Positions 22,601-36,663 of a stretch of DNA of 64,000 bases are shown piece by piece (positions within the stretch are counted from its first letter, which is position 1; each line of letters starts with the position of its first letter). The DNA is from Lytechinus pictus (Eukaryota). The stretch spans positions 8,682,001 to 8,746,000 of the forward strand of contig NC_087251.1 of assembly GCF_037042905.1 (NCBI RefSeq), written 5' to 3'. A program made the translations under genes and the position numbers. The notes under the pieces were generated by a model. That model was not told the origin of the DNA. It did not search any database and worked only from the letters and a program-made list of their open reading frames with translations.

Positions 22601-25600
22601 ATGTACCACAAATGACCCTCTATTTCCAGCTAATCCACTAAAATATACCCCTTTAATGGGTCCACTACGTCCTCCATTAGGCTCTTTGATGGCCGTGAAA
22701 TGGAGCATATTTCACGAATGATGTGTCAGTTTGATGGGTTTAGTCGAAGCTGTCATGTCAGTTAGGTAGAAGAACTCCCGACATAATGCTGCTTGGCAAT
22801 GATGAAACGAAGTTTTCTTGCAAAGTCTTTTAACTCTCTCATATTTTTTTGCTGTCGCTTGAAAATTCGATTTGCAAAACGATATGGTGCTGATGAAAAC
22901 TTCTCAGGTAGGCGGTCATGACGCTTGATGAAGAATGTGTTTATCAATTTTAAATATCAAAGTATTTACGGCATCTCTTGTCATAATTGTTTTTTAAATG
23001 CAGTCGCAGTCCTGATTGCAAAGGAGATAGAGAGTCAGAATTCATGAATAGATTGAAAAATAATCATCAAGATTACTGAACTTTAATCAAGAAAGCTATA
23101 ATCATCATTGTCATTTTTCGGATACCATTAAAGCCTTTGTCTTTTTTTTATCATCATGCCCAGTCTTCTTCCACAATGCCGATGATCCCACTCTCTCTTG
23201 TTTAATAGGTTTCATTCTTTCTTGTCTGCATCCCTCTTTTGTTCTAATGCGATATCGCACACCCACACACGCACACTCAAAAGGGAACATTCTTTAGCAG
23301 TGAAAGGCGAAATCATTTGAACCTTCAACAGTTGAAGGTGACTAAGCAAAACTGCAGTTGTGAAAGTAAAATTGGTCATTATTGAGGTCATTGATAGAAA
23401 CCTGTAAATCATCTCAGAAACATCTAGTCAAACTGTCAGGGTCAAACTCACAATTTGATCGTTGTCCTCTAGTCGTGTTGGTCAACATACACTTAAGCCA
23501 TCAGCTTTCAAGATCACTTTGCTTGGAGTAATGTATGTCAAAATAGTCAATGAACTTTTCTTGCCAAATGTTCCTTATCGCTACACGAAATACGTTTCTC
23601 TCTTTAACCTAAATATAATATTCTTGGGTGATTAACTTGCATGTAGGCATAAATATCTAGAAAGTGAAATTTATATATCAAAATTAGATTTAGATTTAAT
23701 TGTGTACTCTTGAACTGGGGGAAAAGATGTTTGAATATTTACTTGTATCAGGAACCATAATGTAATACCTAATAGTGTGCTTGAATTATTTTTGTCGACT
23801 TTTCGGAAACAAGTGCAGTGCTTGCATATCACTCCACGTTCACAAGATTATCATTCCGATGAATGTACATGAACAAAATGATAAACATGAAATGAGATAA
23901 GGAAATCATACACTATATTCCTCTCTGGAATAATGATCATCAAACATTACCAAAATGACAAGCACAAAACCAGGAATTATGCCATTATTTTGGTTCATTA
24001 CACTTTTTCCTTAAACCAGAACACAATCTGATTAAGACTTGGTGTAAATCATAATAACCAGGGGTATCAATAAAGAAATGGAACATGATAAAATCCATCT
24101 CATAAAAGAATACTGGATATAGCCATCGGCATTTCTAATTTTGCAAGGTCAATTTGCTGGTGTTGATGTAACAACGCGTTGAACCTGGTGCGATACAATG
24201 GGAAAGATGAGGTTACCATGACAACATGGATCCTCCTGATGCCGTTCACCTGCATCTTGGAGTCTCCAATCAGACCGCTTATGGTATCAGAAAAACAAAC
24301 GAGTCAAACTCAGCCGGGGATTGTCCGTCTCGCGTGGTGTTGACTTAGGGTTTTACCAGTTTTAATGTAACACCCTTACAAAATGCGAACGCTCTATTCC
24401 CATTGGAATAACCCTAGAAATATACACCGGCTTTGCCATGCTAGCTTTCGCTTCAATTTTGGCAAAATACTAAGAAAATATCTAGGGATTATATCGGCGT
24501 TTATTTGTTTCCAATACCCCCGCTTTGTAATAATATCAGCGCCGTTTAGAAATTGGAGCGGAATCCCGATCGCATGCGCCTGGCTCGGAAAGGCGACCGA
24601 ATTTTTCATTTTCGTGCGCCTTAGTTTGTTTTTCTTGTAAATTAGAAAACACATCTTATAATGGCTACATCAAGAGTATACAGTTAACTTTGCCTTAAGC
24701 TTCTCTTAGATGAGAGAAAGTTCGAATCTCAATTTCAATCCTTTGACTTTGTTCTTTCAAAATGCTAAATCTTGTGCTGCACTTCAACATAGTCATGTTG
24801 TGTAAGAAAGATACGGGATATGAAGAGTGGGGTTAGAAGGAAAGGCCAAGGTATGTAAACAGTTCTGTCTTTGGTTAACCGCCACAGACTTTCATCACCT
24901 TCTTCAAGTTGAAACTGACGTTACATAAAGGACCTTTTGTCAGATGTGTCTGCCTCTTGACTTATTTCGTTCATAAGAAAGCTCTGAAGATCGAACCTCA
25001 GCCACCTTCAACTTCATTTTGGTTTTAAAGGCCGGGAGAGGGACGACCATAAACCAAGGTCAGAGACAAGGGGTACATATCACCGACGAAGTTTGGGGGC
25101 AAATTAGCCTCTGACACTCAACGTGTGACAAGGAGCCATTAAGGTATCTACTTACATGCCGCGGCGAGTCCTGTTTGGTAGCTGCTGTGGCGATACAAGA
25201 ATGAGTAAGGAGGGGCGGGCCAGGGTGGGTCAAGAGTCAGATACTTGAGTACATGGAGGAGAAGCGACAACACACGTTAGACCACGAGCCAGCTTTACGA
25301 TACCCAACACGCCGGCTACGCGCATGACTTACGTTCAACCGCCCGACTCTGCGCGCATACCTACTTGAAGTTGCTGCCAAGCACGTCTATCTAGCATTCC
25401 CCATGACCGTATCGCTACGCCTCACATGCAGCCCTCTCCGATCGCTTACCAGCCGACCGAAAACACTCTCAACAAGGCCTCACTTTCCCGCCTTTTTACC
25501 TCCTTCTGTACATCTCCCCTGACGCACCAGTGTAATTCCATGCTGGGGATATGTATTTTGACATTAATGCTCGATGTGTGTCGCACATCTCCAAAGTAAA

Positions 25601-28600
25601 GATGCACCTCAGAGCGGATCTTTAGAGTAATTTGAGCACCGGTGTGTAGCACCAAAAGCAGCGGAATGAAACCTGTCTTCCACTGTATCACTGACATCCA
25701 AGACATCTTCACAATAAAGCACAATTTAAGGAGTCAAATGCTCTCTAAAAAGTACAAGACCCGTCTCTTTTTTGCATTTGCCGAAAAGAGAAGAATTTAA
25801 TGACGTTCACATTACGCAATCAGGTCACGATTTCTTTGAATTCTGTTATAAATTGCTCTCTTGAAAAGAGAAAGGACGGAGATAGGGGATTGATTATCTA
25901 TAGACATGGTAAAAATTAGATTTTTTTGAAGTGTTTTGAAATGGTGGGATAGTTTGAATGTTCTATCGGATACTTCATGGTGCCATCAGCGATGGAAATT
26001 TGTACAATCTTTTTCTGTATGTCTTTTTTTTAGCATTGATTCTGCGATGGCGATTAAAGTAATAAAGAGTCTATGACCAAGGTCATTATTTTGATGTTTA
26101 TTGATACAGGTAATAAAAGCCTAAATTAACTTCAAACAAAGTAATTTAAAAGTTTTTAGTTCCAATTAATGTATAATCCAATAGCATCTTCTAATGAACA
26201 TCATATAGTCATATAGTCATATTATTACTCTCATCATTATCATCACCACTACAATCAGCATCGTCGCCATTTTCATCACCACGTCGTAACTATCCATCAG
26301 TTCATGATCCCTCAAATCACCCCCTCCCCCTCAATGCTCCATTATCGTCTAACGTTACCCCTATGAAAATCACAATTCATAAGGGACGACAAAATGATCC
26401 TGTACCCGCCCCACATTATTCATTAATTCCCCATCTGATTAGATGGACACTTACATGACTGTGCATTATGGGTATTTTGTGACAGTTGCTTCGTGTATGA
26501 TTTTGTTGTTTTTGTTAAGTATATTCTACAGTAGTTCATTGATTGTAACGAGGGCCTGCACAAAATTCCAAAATAGATTTATGATTCAAATCTTAGAAAC
26601 TAATCCTACATCAACACTAATTTGATTTATATAAATGAAAAAAAAAACAGATATGTATAATATTGGCAAGTGCAGTGAAATCAGTGAAACTTTGCTTTAT
26701 TAAAGAATGCTGTGTATCAGTCGATCATGGCAGATATTCAATATTATTTTGTATTCTTTAATAAGAAATATCGTATCATATATCTTTGTATATTTGATGA
26801 GGAAATAGCTCCTGAATAATCATAATGCAGACGGACAAAAAAAAAGAAAAATTGCGAGTATATAACGGACCTCATTGATTCCCTCATTCGCATACGCGAC
26901 TGACTCAGCAGACTCTCTTTTGTAATTCAATAATTGCTTAACTTTGCAATCTCAAACGGGCACACTGAAATAATGTAACTGTAAATCATGATGTTTCGTT
27001 TATCTAATTTTCTAATTCATTTCAGTGTTATTTCCCTTCCAACACACACACCGCTCCCCCTCTCTCTGTACACACACTACATTCCGCGCACCTCCACTCA
27101 TTATCCCTCCATACCCGATCGCGCACACACTCAACATGCACGATGCATACACACTCGTGCATTCGCATGAACGATCCCCTTTTTTACATTCGTTTACCAT
27201 CTTTATTATCATATTGATGTAAAATGTTATTACACAGTAAAATGCAAAAAAATGAAATAGATGTAAACCCATTTAATTGATTAATAAAAATTATAAAAAT
27301 GCGATAATTCTAAACATGAACAGAGCAGGCTGACTTTGACATAAAATCATAAGATTATATAATGTCATCGGGTGTAGTATGTAAGCTTTCTGGTATATAC
27401 TGCATACACAACTTGGTTTGAGTTTGTATGATCAGCTTTTACTCATTCATTGGCAAACACCTCCCATAATCTATGAATGAAAACACTGTTGAAATATCAT
27501 AATGATATTTCAATGTTATTTCAATGTAATATCAAGTAGTTTCAACGTTTGACAAACCTTTTATGTTTAGGCTTATTGCTTATCACTGAAATCAAATTTT
27601 GGAATCCAACAGAATAATAGGTAATTTAGGAAGAAATTTATATTTACGTGTGACAAAAATTATGTTATTTTGGAACTAAGTGGATCTGCGCTTTTGATAT
27701 GGAGAATGATTAAGTGCATTGTGTGTGCATGCCAAACAAATATGATCCAATTTCTTATAGTCTTGCAGTGAAATGCAGTATTATTTATAACTTTTAATTT
27801 TCATACAAATATTAAAAAAAAAATAATAATTTCAATCACACATTTCTCATTCATGTCTGAAAAGAGGAGTAATTAACATCCAATTGAACGAAATCAGATT
27901 TTTTTTTCTGTTGAAAATAATTTCATTTCGTTTCCAATGTGTATATTAGTGTTATATTCTTAGGCAAACTGAATGTGGATTGAGAGGGTTAATGTATAAG
28001 ATCCACCTGGGATGATGTAGGCATGTTTGATGGTCTTCTAACCCACAACCCTACAGCATGAAAACAGCATCACCAGGTCTCGAGTTCTTAGCCCCTGGTT
28101 GACTGTCTAGATCGGTTTCATCACACAACACTTTGCTCTCTTTATCGCTCATGTTTGATGTTTGAAATCAAGTCTTTTGACATCTTACAGGGAAACAGAC
28201 TCATTAGATCTAAAAGAAAAGATGGTTCTAGTGTTTTTGGTCCAGATCATCAAGTGACATAACTGTCTTCCTCTCTGGCTCTTTTCGGGTTCAGTTTACT
28301 GTCTTGGAGGTATGGTACTCAGGGGACATGGGTGAAAATATTTATAAGGGTTCATCGACCAGACTATATTATATGATGGGGGCTCTTTGGAGGTAGGTTT
28401 TGGTGGTGTAAGTGAGGTATGAAAAAGGTGCCTGCGTTAGGTGTAAGTTGCTACCCTAGGGGAGCTAGTAGGACTCCTCCTGTAAATGTTGTTGGTGTGA
28501 CACTTGAGCTAGCACAGTTGGAGCGCGTATATGAAAAGCTTGCCGGGAGCAGGTCGATGGATAGCGAGATATATGGAGGTCGGTGCGACTGGAGTCCCGG

Positions 28601-29445
28601 GAGATACCCGGTGGATTCCCGCTCGCTGTTCATCGTGCGAGATGCGGCACGTTTTGGGGTCTACCACCAACCGGCACACACATCTCCTGTTGATGGGTTT
28701 TGTTGGCAAATTGTGGGCAGACTTTGGAGATAGGGTTTCAAGAAAGACTGCGAGCTAGAAAGCTGAAAATGGCAGGAGAGCATCGGGAGTGGCAGGCATC
28801 CAGGCAAGCAGCCTACTTCATCAAAAAGGATAACAGGTATAGAGGAAAGGAGGAAAGGAGAAGAGTAAAAGATGATGATGGGAGATGACACAATTGGGTG
28901 GGATACCACGTCGGCTTGTCTTCTTGCCATCTCGTATTTCAACTTGGTCCTAACCGACCAGATGGGATGCACGTAGATCTAGCTGTTAGCACCCCATATC
29001 TGTATCTTTACCGCTCTAAGCTGCCCCATTTCTTCTCCCTTGTCCCTTCTTTCCGCCCGGCCTCGAAAATGTCATCAAAAGTTGACGATATATCTCTAAA
29101 TCCAGCGAAGACTATTAAACTGATGACAAGTTTTGATAGGAAAGAAAAACAGATTTCAACTCATAACGTTGGATCCTTGTTCAAGCAGGGTAAAGTGATA
29201 TTCTTATTATTAGGAGACTGATCAATTGCATTATGGGTGATCTAAAGAAAAATTGCACAGAGTTATGATAGTATTCGATATTAAACTTACTTAAGGAAAT
29301 ATATCCAACTCAAATAACACAAAGAATTTCAGCATTGATATGGCAGGCTATATAGGCTGTATGCATTGATATGCTCTCAAATTAATACGATATTTGGGTA
29401 TACAGTATTCTCTTTTCAGAGCACGACTTATCTATGCTTCCCCTG

Positions 29446-29701
29446 CACTCTAACAAATATTGGGTAAAAATGTTCCATGAGCGTAATTATGTGTCCAACC
29501 AATATTGGGCATTTCTTCTGGCATTTTATTTATCCAGTGTGATGAAAATTTTGCCCATTCTAAAGTAATTGATGCTTATTTTTCAACCTTACTGGACAAT
29601 ATGCTTCCCGCATTATGCATGGGTAAAATACTGGCCCAAAGTGGTTGGACACATAATTACCCTCGTGGTGGTAAAAATTTTACCCAATATTTTTTACAGT
29701 G
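29446..29701. mobile_element. CACTA-type MITE, 256 bp, TG TSD
   Basis: Left CACTCTAACAAATATTGGGTAAAA...GTAATTATGTGTCCAACCA; right end reverse-complemented CACTGTAAAAAATATTGGGTAAAA...GTAATTATGTGTCCAACCA. TG on both flanks (29444-29445, 29702-29703). Confidence 0.85.
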
Positions 29702-32700
29702 TGACATTGATCGCAGATTAGATAAAAGGGAGCTAGTATTATGACCTTTAACACATATATTAATTTTCGTACAAAAAGTTTAAAATCCATCATAAAAATC
29801 GTGTCACACAATAATATTTTGGTGAATACCTAGTTTAATTCCCATAAGAGTTAGACTGTAGATTTACACCATGGTTTTATGGCAAACAACGAACGTTACT
29901 TTATCATGAATTGAGCTCTAAGCCTCTAGGAAAGGCTAATCATTCTAAACTCAAGAACATCTCTATTCTATACCTTAGGGTATATTTAAAAGAAAACATA
30001 CTAAAATATTCGTTATTGTTAATGTTATTACGAGCAGTAATTGCTAAACGCCGGAACATCGAATCTAGCCTCAAAGCATAATTAGTACAGGCAGACATAA
30101 AACATGAAAGCACTTTAATGGAAGAGGATTAACATTTACATACAATATTACTGCCAGTAATCATGGTAATCGTGTCTTCTGGGCTTGACTCTTTTCCCCT
30201 ACTAGATTAATTCTCTTTCCATGATCTTTCTGTCTTTCTCCCTTTCTTGTCGTTATGTTATTGGATAAACAAATAAAAGTTAGTGAAACAACAGTTTTAA
30301 TTTATGGGGACACAATCAAATGGATAATTGTAGAAGTTTAAATGTGAATTATATTCAGGACGAGGATGGATGAGTGAGAAATGTGTAACCGAAAAAATGC
30401 TTTATGTTGAAAGGAGACTGCATGACTACAAACCATAAATAGAAACATTGTTCAAGAAACTGCAGGCGCAGATGTGAAAAGGATAGAAAGATTCTTTCTC
30501 TCGAAATCCGACTATCGAATAGCAAAATATTAAGGATGCTGTACAGATTAGGACCAAGGCTTGTATTTTAGAGAAGTGATGGACCAAAAAGAACTGGTCT
30601 GTCTTTTCATTTATTGGGATTCATGAGAGAAAGAAAGTACCAACACAAAACAATCACTGATCGACACAAACTCCCGCACTCCACCCAACCCAAACTATAC
30701 CCTTCTAGCAAAATGACGGTGGATAAAAAATGAAGAATAAAGATGGGGAAGGGGGCTTTAAGGGGGCATAGTCCGTAGGGCGTGCTTATTGGAATACACA
30801 AGAAGTGTATGCAGAGCCCGAGGCCAATTCGAGGGTCTTAGCCCGATTAGCTCCGTCCTACAAAATCCTCTTGCTTTAGATTAGCTTGGGCAAAGCATTA
30901 GTTGAGAGATTTAAAGAACACTTTATGGGCTTCCACCAGTAAAGAAAAAAGAGAATACAAACTAAAGATTTGAGAGCAGCTCACTGGTAAAATTAAACGA
31001 GATTTTTTTTTATTCGGTCGTGCCTTATCAGAATCTACACTATATGAGACACATTCATATCTAACATTGCATGAAGTTCTATCAATTTAAGAATAATGAT
31101 AATAACAATAAATCTTTTTTATATTGAGAAATTGAATTACATCTACAGTACCTTTACTGTCTCCATCCAGTTTTTAGTCTGCCGATAAATTTAAGCAGTT
31201 TTTAATTATAAAAAATTGATACTTAATATTATATATACAAAATATACTACACTTTTAAACAAACTCTTCTTCAGACCACATGTAAACACAGTCATGGTCA
31301 TTATGACTATCAATGTAATTATAATGTAGTTTTAAAATTTCAAATGTTTCATTCGTATTTATTTCCAACAGCAAAATAGTAGTTCACATTCGATAGTATG
31401 CCTGACAATTAAGAGATAGGCCGTAACAAAAGGTAAAAACATACATTAATATTTTGATTTAGACAATACATTTTTGAAAGATCGATCTGTAGATATTATG
31501 CGGAAATTGGTTTAACAGTTGCAGATCCGTAGTACCATTATTTTTGCTTAAAAAAGCACACAAATTTGCAGAAGCTACTTACGTACGTAGTATCTTTGAT
31601 TTCACTACACATTTTCTGGGTAATCATGATAATGGATGTACGCTAATTCGAAATGTTGAGATGGCTCGAGTCAATTTAATTGTACTTTAAGTGATAATGA
31701 TTTAAGATAAGTCGTTATTATAGCTGAAATCTCACATTTAGAATATAATTGTATAGCGGCATTTATTTATACCGCCAATCGTTGAATATACTCCGTGAAA
31801 GTTCCTTCCTTGTCCAGGATGCCCCTATTCAGTTGCAAAGCTACCTGCCACAGTAGTAAGGCTACAGTTACATCAACTAAAATTACTCCAAACTGACCAA
31901 TGGTATGTTATTGGTAATAAAGTAAAATCTTTTATCGATCTTGAGTCTGTCTCACTTGTGTGTCTGTATAGTGTAATCAATGTACACTCTTTTTGTTAAA
32001 ATTGTCCAATAATTACCTGTGCTGGTGGGATATCCTACAAAAGGAAGAATTCTTTCTGATGCAATAATTCTATGGATAACCTTTGGGATTTAGAAGCTCA
32101 TGAGTGGGTTGTAGAGATTGAACAGACTTTATAAAAGGAATGGAGATTAGTGAATCAAGTTGTTGGGAAATACTAGGTGCACCGCGAACAAATTACGCTC
32201 TGTTATGACGCAGTTTCCTGCAAACGAAAGATCTGTTGGGGTAATGTAACGATCATGAATACATGATGAATACGTTTCTCATATTGTAATCTACAAATTG
32301 AAATACTACTTTTGTCATTGCTAAATATCCATGGACAAATTATTGGGTAAACGTAGTTTAGAATGTATTTCAAATATAGTACACAATATTGCCAACCATG
32401 TAGGAATTATGTTTATATTAATTCAATTATGTTACATGTTAACTTAACACCTAGGGTTTTGGGACTATTGTTGAAAATCTCTTTCGACATTTAAAACCAA
32501 TAAATAAAAAAAGTAAATAAATAAATGAAAAATAAGAATCAATGCCACACTTTATGCGTTTTAACTGAAGTACAAATTAATTTTTATATCTTAAAGAGTC
32601 TCTATGATCAGGTTCTATATTCCAGCAGTTTCAAATATACTCATTTCATTATCTGTTTATAGCTATCATTATTATCAGTTTTCTTCGTCACCCTTTTTAA

Positions 32701-33076
32701 GACTTTTACAAGGGTCAATAAACTAGTGGATATCATTCTTACGTTAAGCATGAATATGTCACGGTTGATAGTAATTATATTGATATTAATTACCATTCTT
32801 CATTAACAGAGCGTATTGTCTCCTTGATAATGAGCTGATTGTTTCCACACTACAGGTTATTTCCTTTTAAATTGTTCATCAATGTTTCATAAAGGTCTAT
32901 CGATCAAGTGCTAAGATGTTGATGATGTTATTTAGGACTCTAACGTAAAAACAATCTTGGGTTAATAACATTGTATATACACATGACGACAGAGTTCAAC
33001 TTGAGTTATTGGATAAGGACCAAAATAGTGGAAGGACCGGGCGCAAATTCACTATATACAACATGCAAAAAACCTA

Positions 33077-33488
33077 CACTGCAAAATTTTAAAAGAATAA
33101 AAGAATAATAATATTTTTAACGAGAAAACCGTACATTTTCTAGCCCAATATTACAGTGAAAATAGCGTTAAATTTACAAAAGACCGAAGTAAATGGTTAA
33201 AATTGTAAAAGCCCTGAAAGTTTTACAATAAACCAAAAAAGTTAAAGTAGAGTGTCACGCAGCAGTTGCCGGTAATTTACTATTCAATAAATAGGGTAAA
33301 TTTCTGGCAACTTGCTTGCACAACTGCCCACCGTATTTTCTACGGTTTACTGACAAACAATTTGGTTTTTACATTATTTTACATTTTATTTTCACCGTAA
33401 ATTTTACGTTATTTTTACTTTAAACTTGGGCCGTAAAATTACGGTTTCATCTTAATTTTCCCGTAGCGAATGCGGATTTTTTTCAGTG
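33077..33488. mobile_element. CACTA-type MITE, 412 bp, TA TSD
   Basis: Starts CACTGCAAAA and ends TTTTCAGTG, with TA on both flanks. Internal repeated ccgtaaa(a/t)ttacg motifs and a central hairpin (gcagttgccggtaatttac...gtaaatttctggcaacttgc). Confidence 0.7.
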
Positions 33489-34965
33489 TATATTTGTATC
33501 ACGAAGCTATTTTTTTTTAACAAGAAAATAATTTTCTAAATAAAAAAAAAAATAAAAATAATTTTTTAAATGTGCGCATGCGTGTGTTTGTGTGCGGTAA
33601 GGGTGTCTTTGTACGGGTGCGTGTTCGTGTTTTTTTTTTTTTACAATGTATCATATTTTAAACAAAAAAAAAGAGAAAAGAAATCAATCAGATATAATGA
33701 CATTTTCGTCTAGCGACAGATTTTAATGTCATCGTCGAATTAAAGACATGACCCCGGACGTGGTTCGAACCATGCATGGATCTTTATAACTTCCACATGT
33801 AGAAATATTCTGCGGTGGCGTTTAGCTAATGTTTACGCATTGTTTATAGAATGTATTATATTTCATCATTGATATTTTCCGAGAGCAATTCGTAATCATT
33901 ATTACGTACCCTTTTCTTCTGATAAATGCTAAATATCCAAACTCATTCTGAAATTATGATTTCATATATCTTAATTTTTTTTATTCATCATGGTATATGT
34001 AATAGTACTAGTTTTATGTGTCATGTTTCTTGTCGATATATTTGTTTTGTTTTTTACGTCACTCCCCTTTGTTTTAACCTGCAGTATAACCGCGATACTT
34101 TCCGATGTTTACTGCTTCTATATATGAGCTACAAACAACAACAATATTGACGGGAATATACAAGAATCTTATGCAACTGCCTGTAATCTACCTTTCAAAG
34201 AACAGCCGTGGAATTAAATAAATATTTTATCAAATAAAACACGATTTTCACCATGAGATATCACAATTCTTTCAAAATGAAAATAGCATATAGACATCTT
34301 ATATTTTTTCCTTGCATGTTAATGGTTATATTTAGCAAAGTATAGACGGTAGATAGTTATTTAGAAGTCAGTGGTTTCATTATCCTTAGACAGTATGCTG
34401 AACATTGTATGTTCATTTGAAAACATCATGCTTAAATAGTATGTTGATCATTAGATGTTCATTTGAAAATTCAATGAACACTATTTCATATTTCTGTAGA
34501 TTTATCCATATCTCTTTTTAAATTCTGCCCATTATAGGTAAAACTTACGCATTGATTGTGTGGGCAGGTACTTCGTAGGAAAGAGTTCATTGCTCTTGTA
34601 GGAGAAAAGCGGGAAAGAGATACACTTATGATGTTGTTCTTAGCCCTAGTCATTGGCTAAGGGGCAAGTCGGAATTAGGTGATTTGTCAAGCACCACGTT
34701 GATCCTATACCTAGGCATTTCCTTCCTAAGATACTCAACATTTGTTTTCTCAAAGGTTCAATATAAATACATTGGTTAGGAGCTAAACATAAGAAAGTCA
34801 CTACCCGAGTGTGATATATAGGTGCTCTCCACTACCCATGGTCATAATAGTGCATTCAAAATTTGTTTGGTATATGGAGCTACTATGGCCTTGTTCACTT
34901 TTTTTTTTATAATTTTCAAATGGAGATAGATTAATATGATTTATTCAATTTAATTCATTTCAATT

Positions 34966-35248
34966 ATAATGATGATAATATAATATAATAATAATAATGA
35001 TAATAATACGCTACATTTATAGGGCTTAATATAATTAACATGGTTCTAAGGGCTGCATACTATTACCCCGGCTTTAGCACGGCTTCTTTTATCGAGCACT
35101 CGAGCATTCAAAGAATTTCTCCCTACCGGATGCCCGTTTAGTACACCTGGATGGAGAGTGGTAAATGTAGATAAACGCCTTGCTATGGAGTGCTGCGGTG
35201 GGATTCCAACCCCGGACCTTGTGGTTATCTACTGACCCACAACACCTC
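34966..35248 (-). mobile_element. tRNA-derived SINE about 1.4 kb upstream of the foxG start codon
   Basis: B-box-like GGTTGGAATCC on the minus strand (35201-35211), a core similar to the 16.8-kb SINE, and a (TTA)n tail at 34966-35008. Confidence 0.65.
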
Positions 35249-36169
35249 TACACATTCCCCCGGTATACTCAAGGATGTGGACATGACCCCTGGATAATCC
35301 GCGTTTGAAAAAAGAAAGGATAGTGAACCCCCGCTCCTTGGATGCCTGATGTTTTTTCTTGCTTATTATTTTTTTTAATTGAGCAATATCCATAAAATAC
35401 CTTAAGTTTATCATTTATGGAGCACAATATTTAATGCATATGATATATATAATAACAGAACCTCCAAAACAAAACAAAACCTCTTGAAATATACAAGATA
35501 GATACTGTATATCAAAATCAGAGAAAGTTATAGAAATAACGAAACGACAAACGATGGAAAAGGCGTACAAGCAGAAGGATATTTGTTGTCAACAGATGGC
35601 ATCTCTCCCTACTTGAATGTCAGTCATAGGCATATTTATTTTATTTCACTTTTTTGTTGTTGAATAACGAAATATATTGAATATATAACAACATAATCAA
35701 CCGAGAGTTACCTACCATCCATAGTAATTAATATATTTATATTTATTGTTTTCTTTAATATTCATCATGATCAGGGTTTTGAATAACTCCATAATAATAC
35801 AAGTATTTGTTCAATAATGCACATGAATTAGGTTATTCTTGAAATTAAATGAAATTATTTAATTTAAATCGTCAAGATGATATAATTAATGACAGTAGAC
35901 ATAAATTAATTTAAAACCTTGTTTATACAACACATAAACTCGTAATAAATGGAGCGTTTGAATTATCATTGCAATTTATTATTTTCCCACGCCCTTGCAT
36001 GATGAACTAAAATAAAAGAAGTAAATATGAGAGGCGACAGATATTGTTTAAATAGGTATAAAACTGATAATTGTGGTTATTTGGGTATGTGGCCTGGTTA
36101 GCATCAGACCGAAGCGTTTTTATAAATCAAAAGCACCTTGCATGTATAAGCTAATGGAAGCCGCCACTA

Positions 36170-36600
36170 TCACGAGCAAACAGGTGTGCAAAGTCTAAAA
36201 GCTCTTTTGATTGGTCAAATGTAAAGGATAGATTAACTAAGTACTCTTACCGACGGTTCGTCGCTTCACTTTCGCGCTTTTTGATTGGTCGCCACAGGCT
36301 AGCACATCGGCGACGTAATTGACAAGTGACTTCTCTCTTCTACTTTTCTTCGCTTGGACGGGCAGTACGAGGCTGCGCACACACATTGCAATGAAAGATA
36401 TACACAAACCCATGCCCTTATTCCGTCACACAAATCCAGAAGACAGCGTTCGATGTAGGAAGTCGGTCAACTCGTCATTCCGTGCTATTGCTACATCTTC
36501 TATCAGATATTGTTCTTACTTTTGAACATTATTGCGCTCTGAACTCTGTCTTATACTGCCAGCGACATTGTCGATCTTTCATTGGCTATAAATTGCCAGG
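36170..36600 (+). promoter_or_regulatory. Putative foxG proximal promoter
   Basis: CpG-enriched region directly upstream of the CDS. Two inverted CCAAT boxes in near-identical context ttttgATTGGtc (36210-36214, 36284-36288), E-box CAGGTG (36181), and a third ATTGG next to TATAAA (36581-36592). The TSS cannot be determined from sequence. Confidence 0.5.
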
Positions 36601-36663
36601 GAGCTCTCCGCCTTGGTATTTAGCAAGAAGTACTTCAAGTTTTTCATGCACATTCATCGGAAA

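Noticed and set aside
22470..23540. Possible LINE endonuclease relic (INTFFIKR...)
   Set aside because: Only one short motif; the surrounding translation does not continue the similarity.
36613..36645. TTG start given for the foxG ORF
   Set aside because: In a eukaryote the in-frame ATGs at 36646 or 36664 are far more likely starts.
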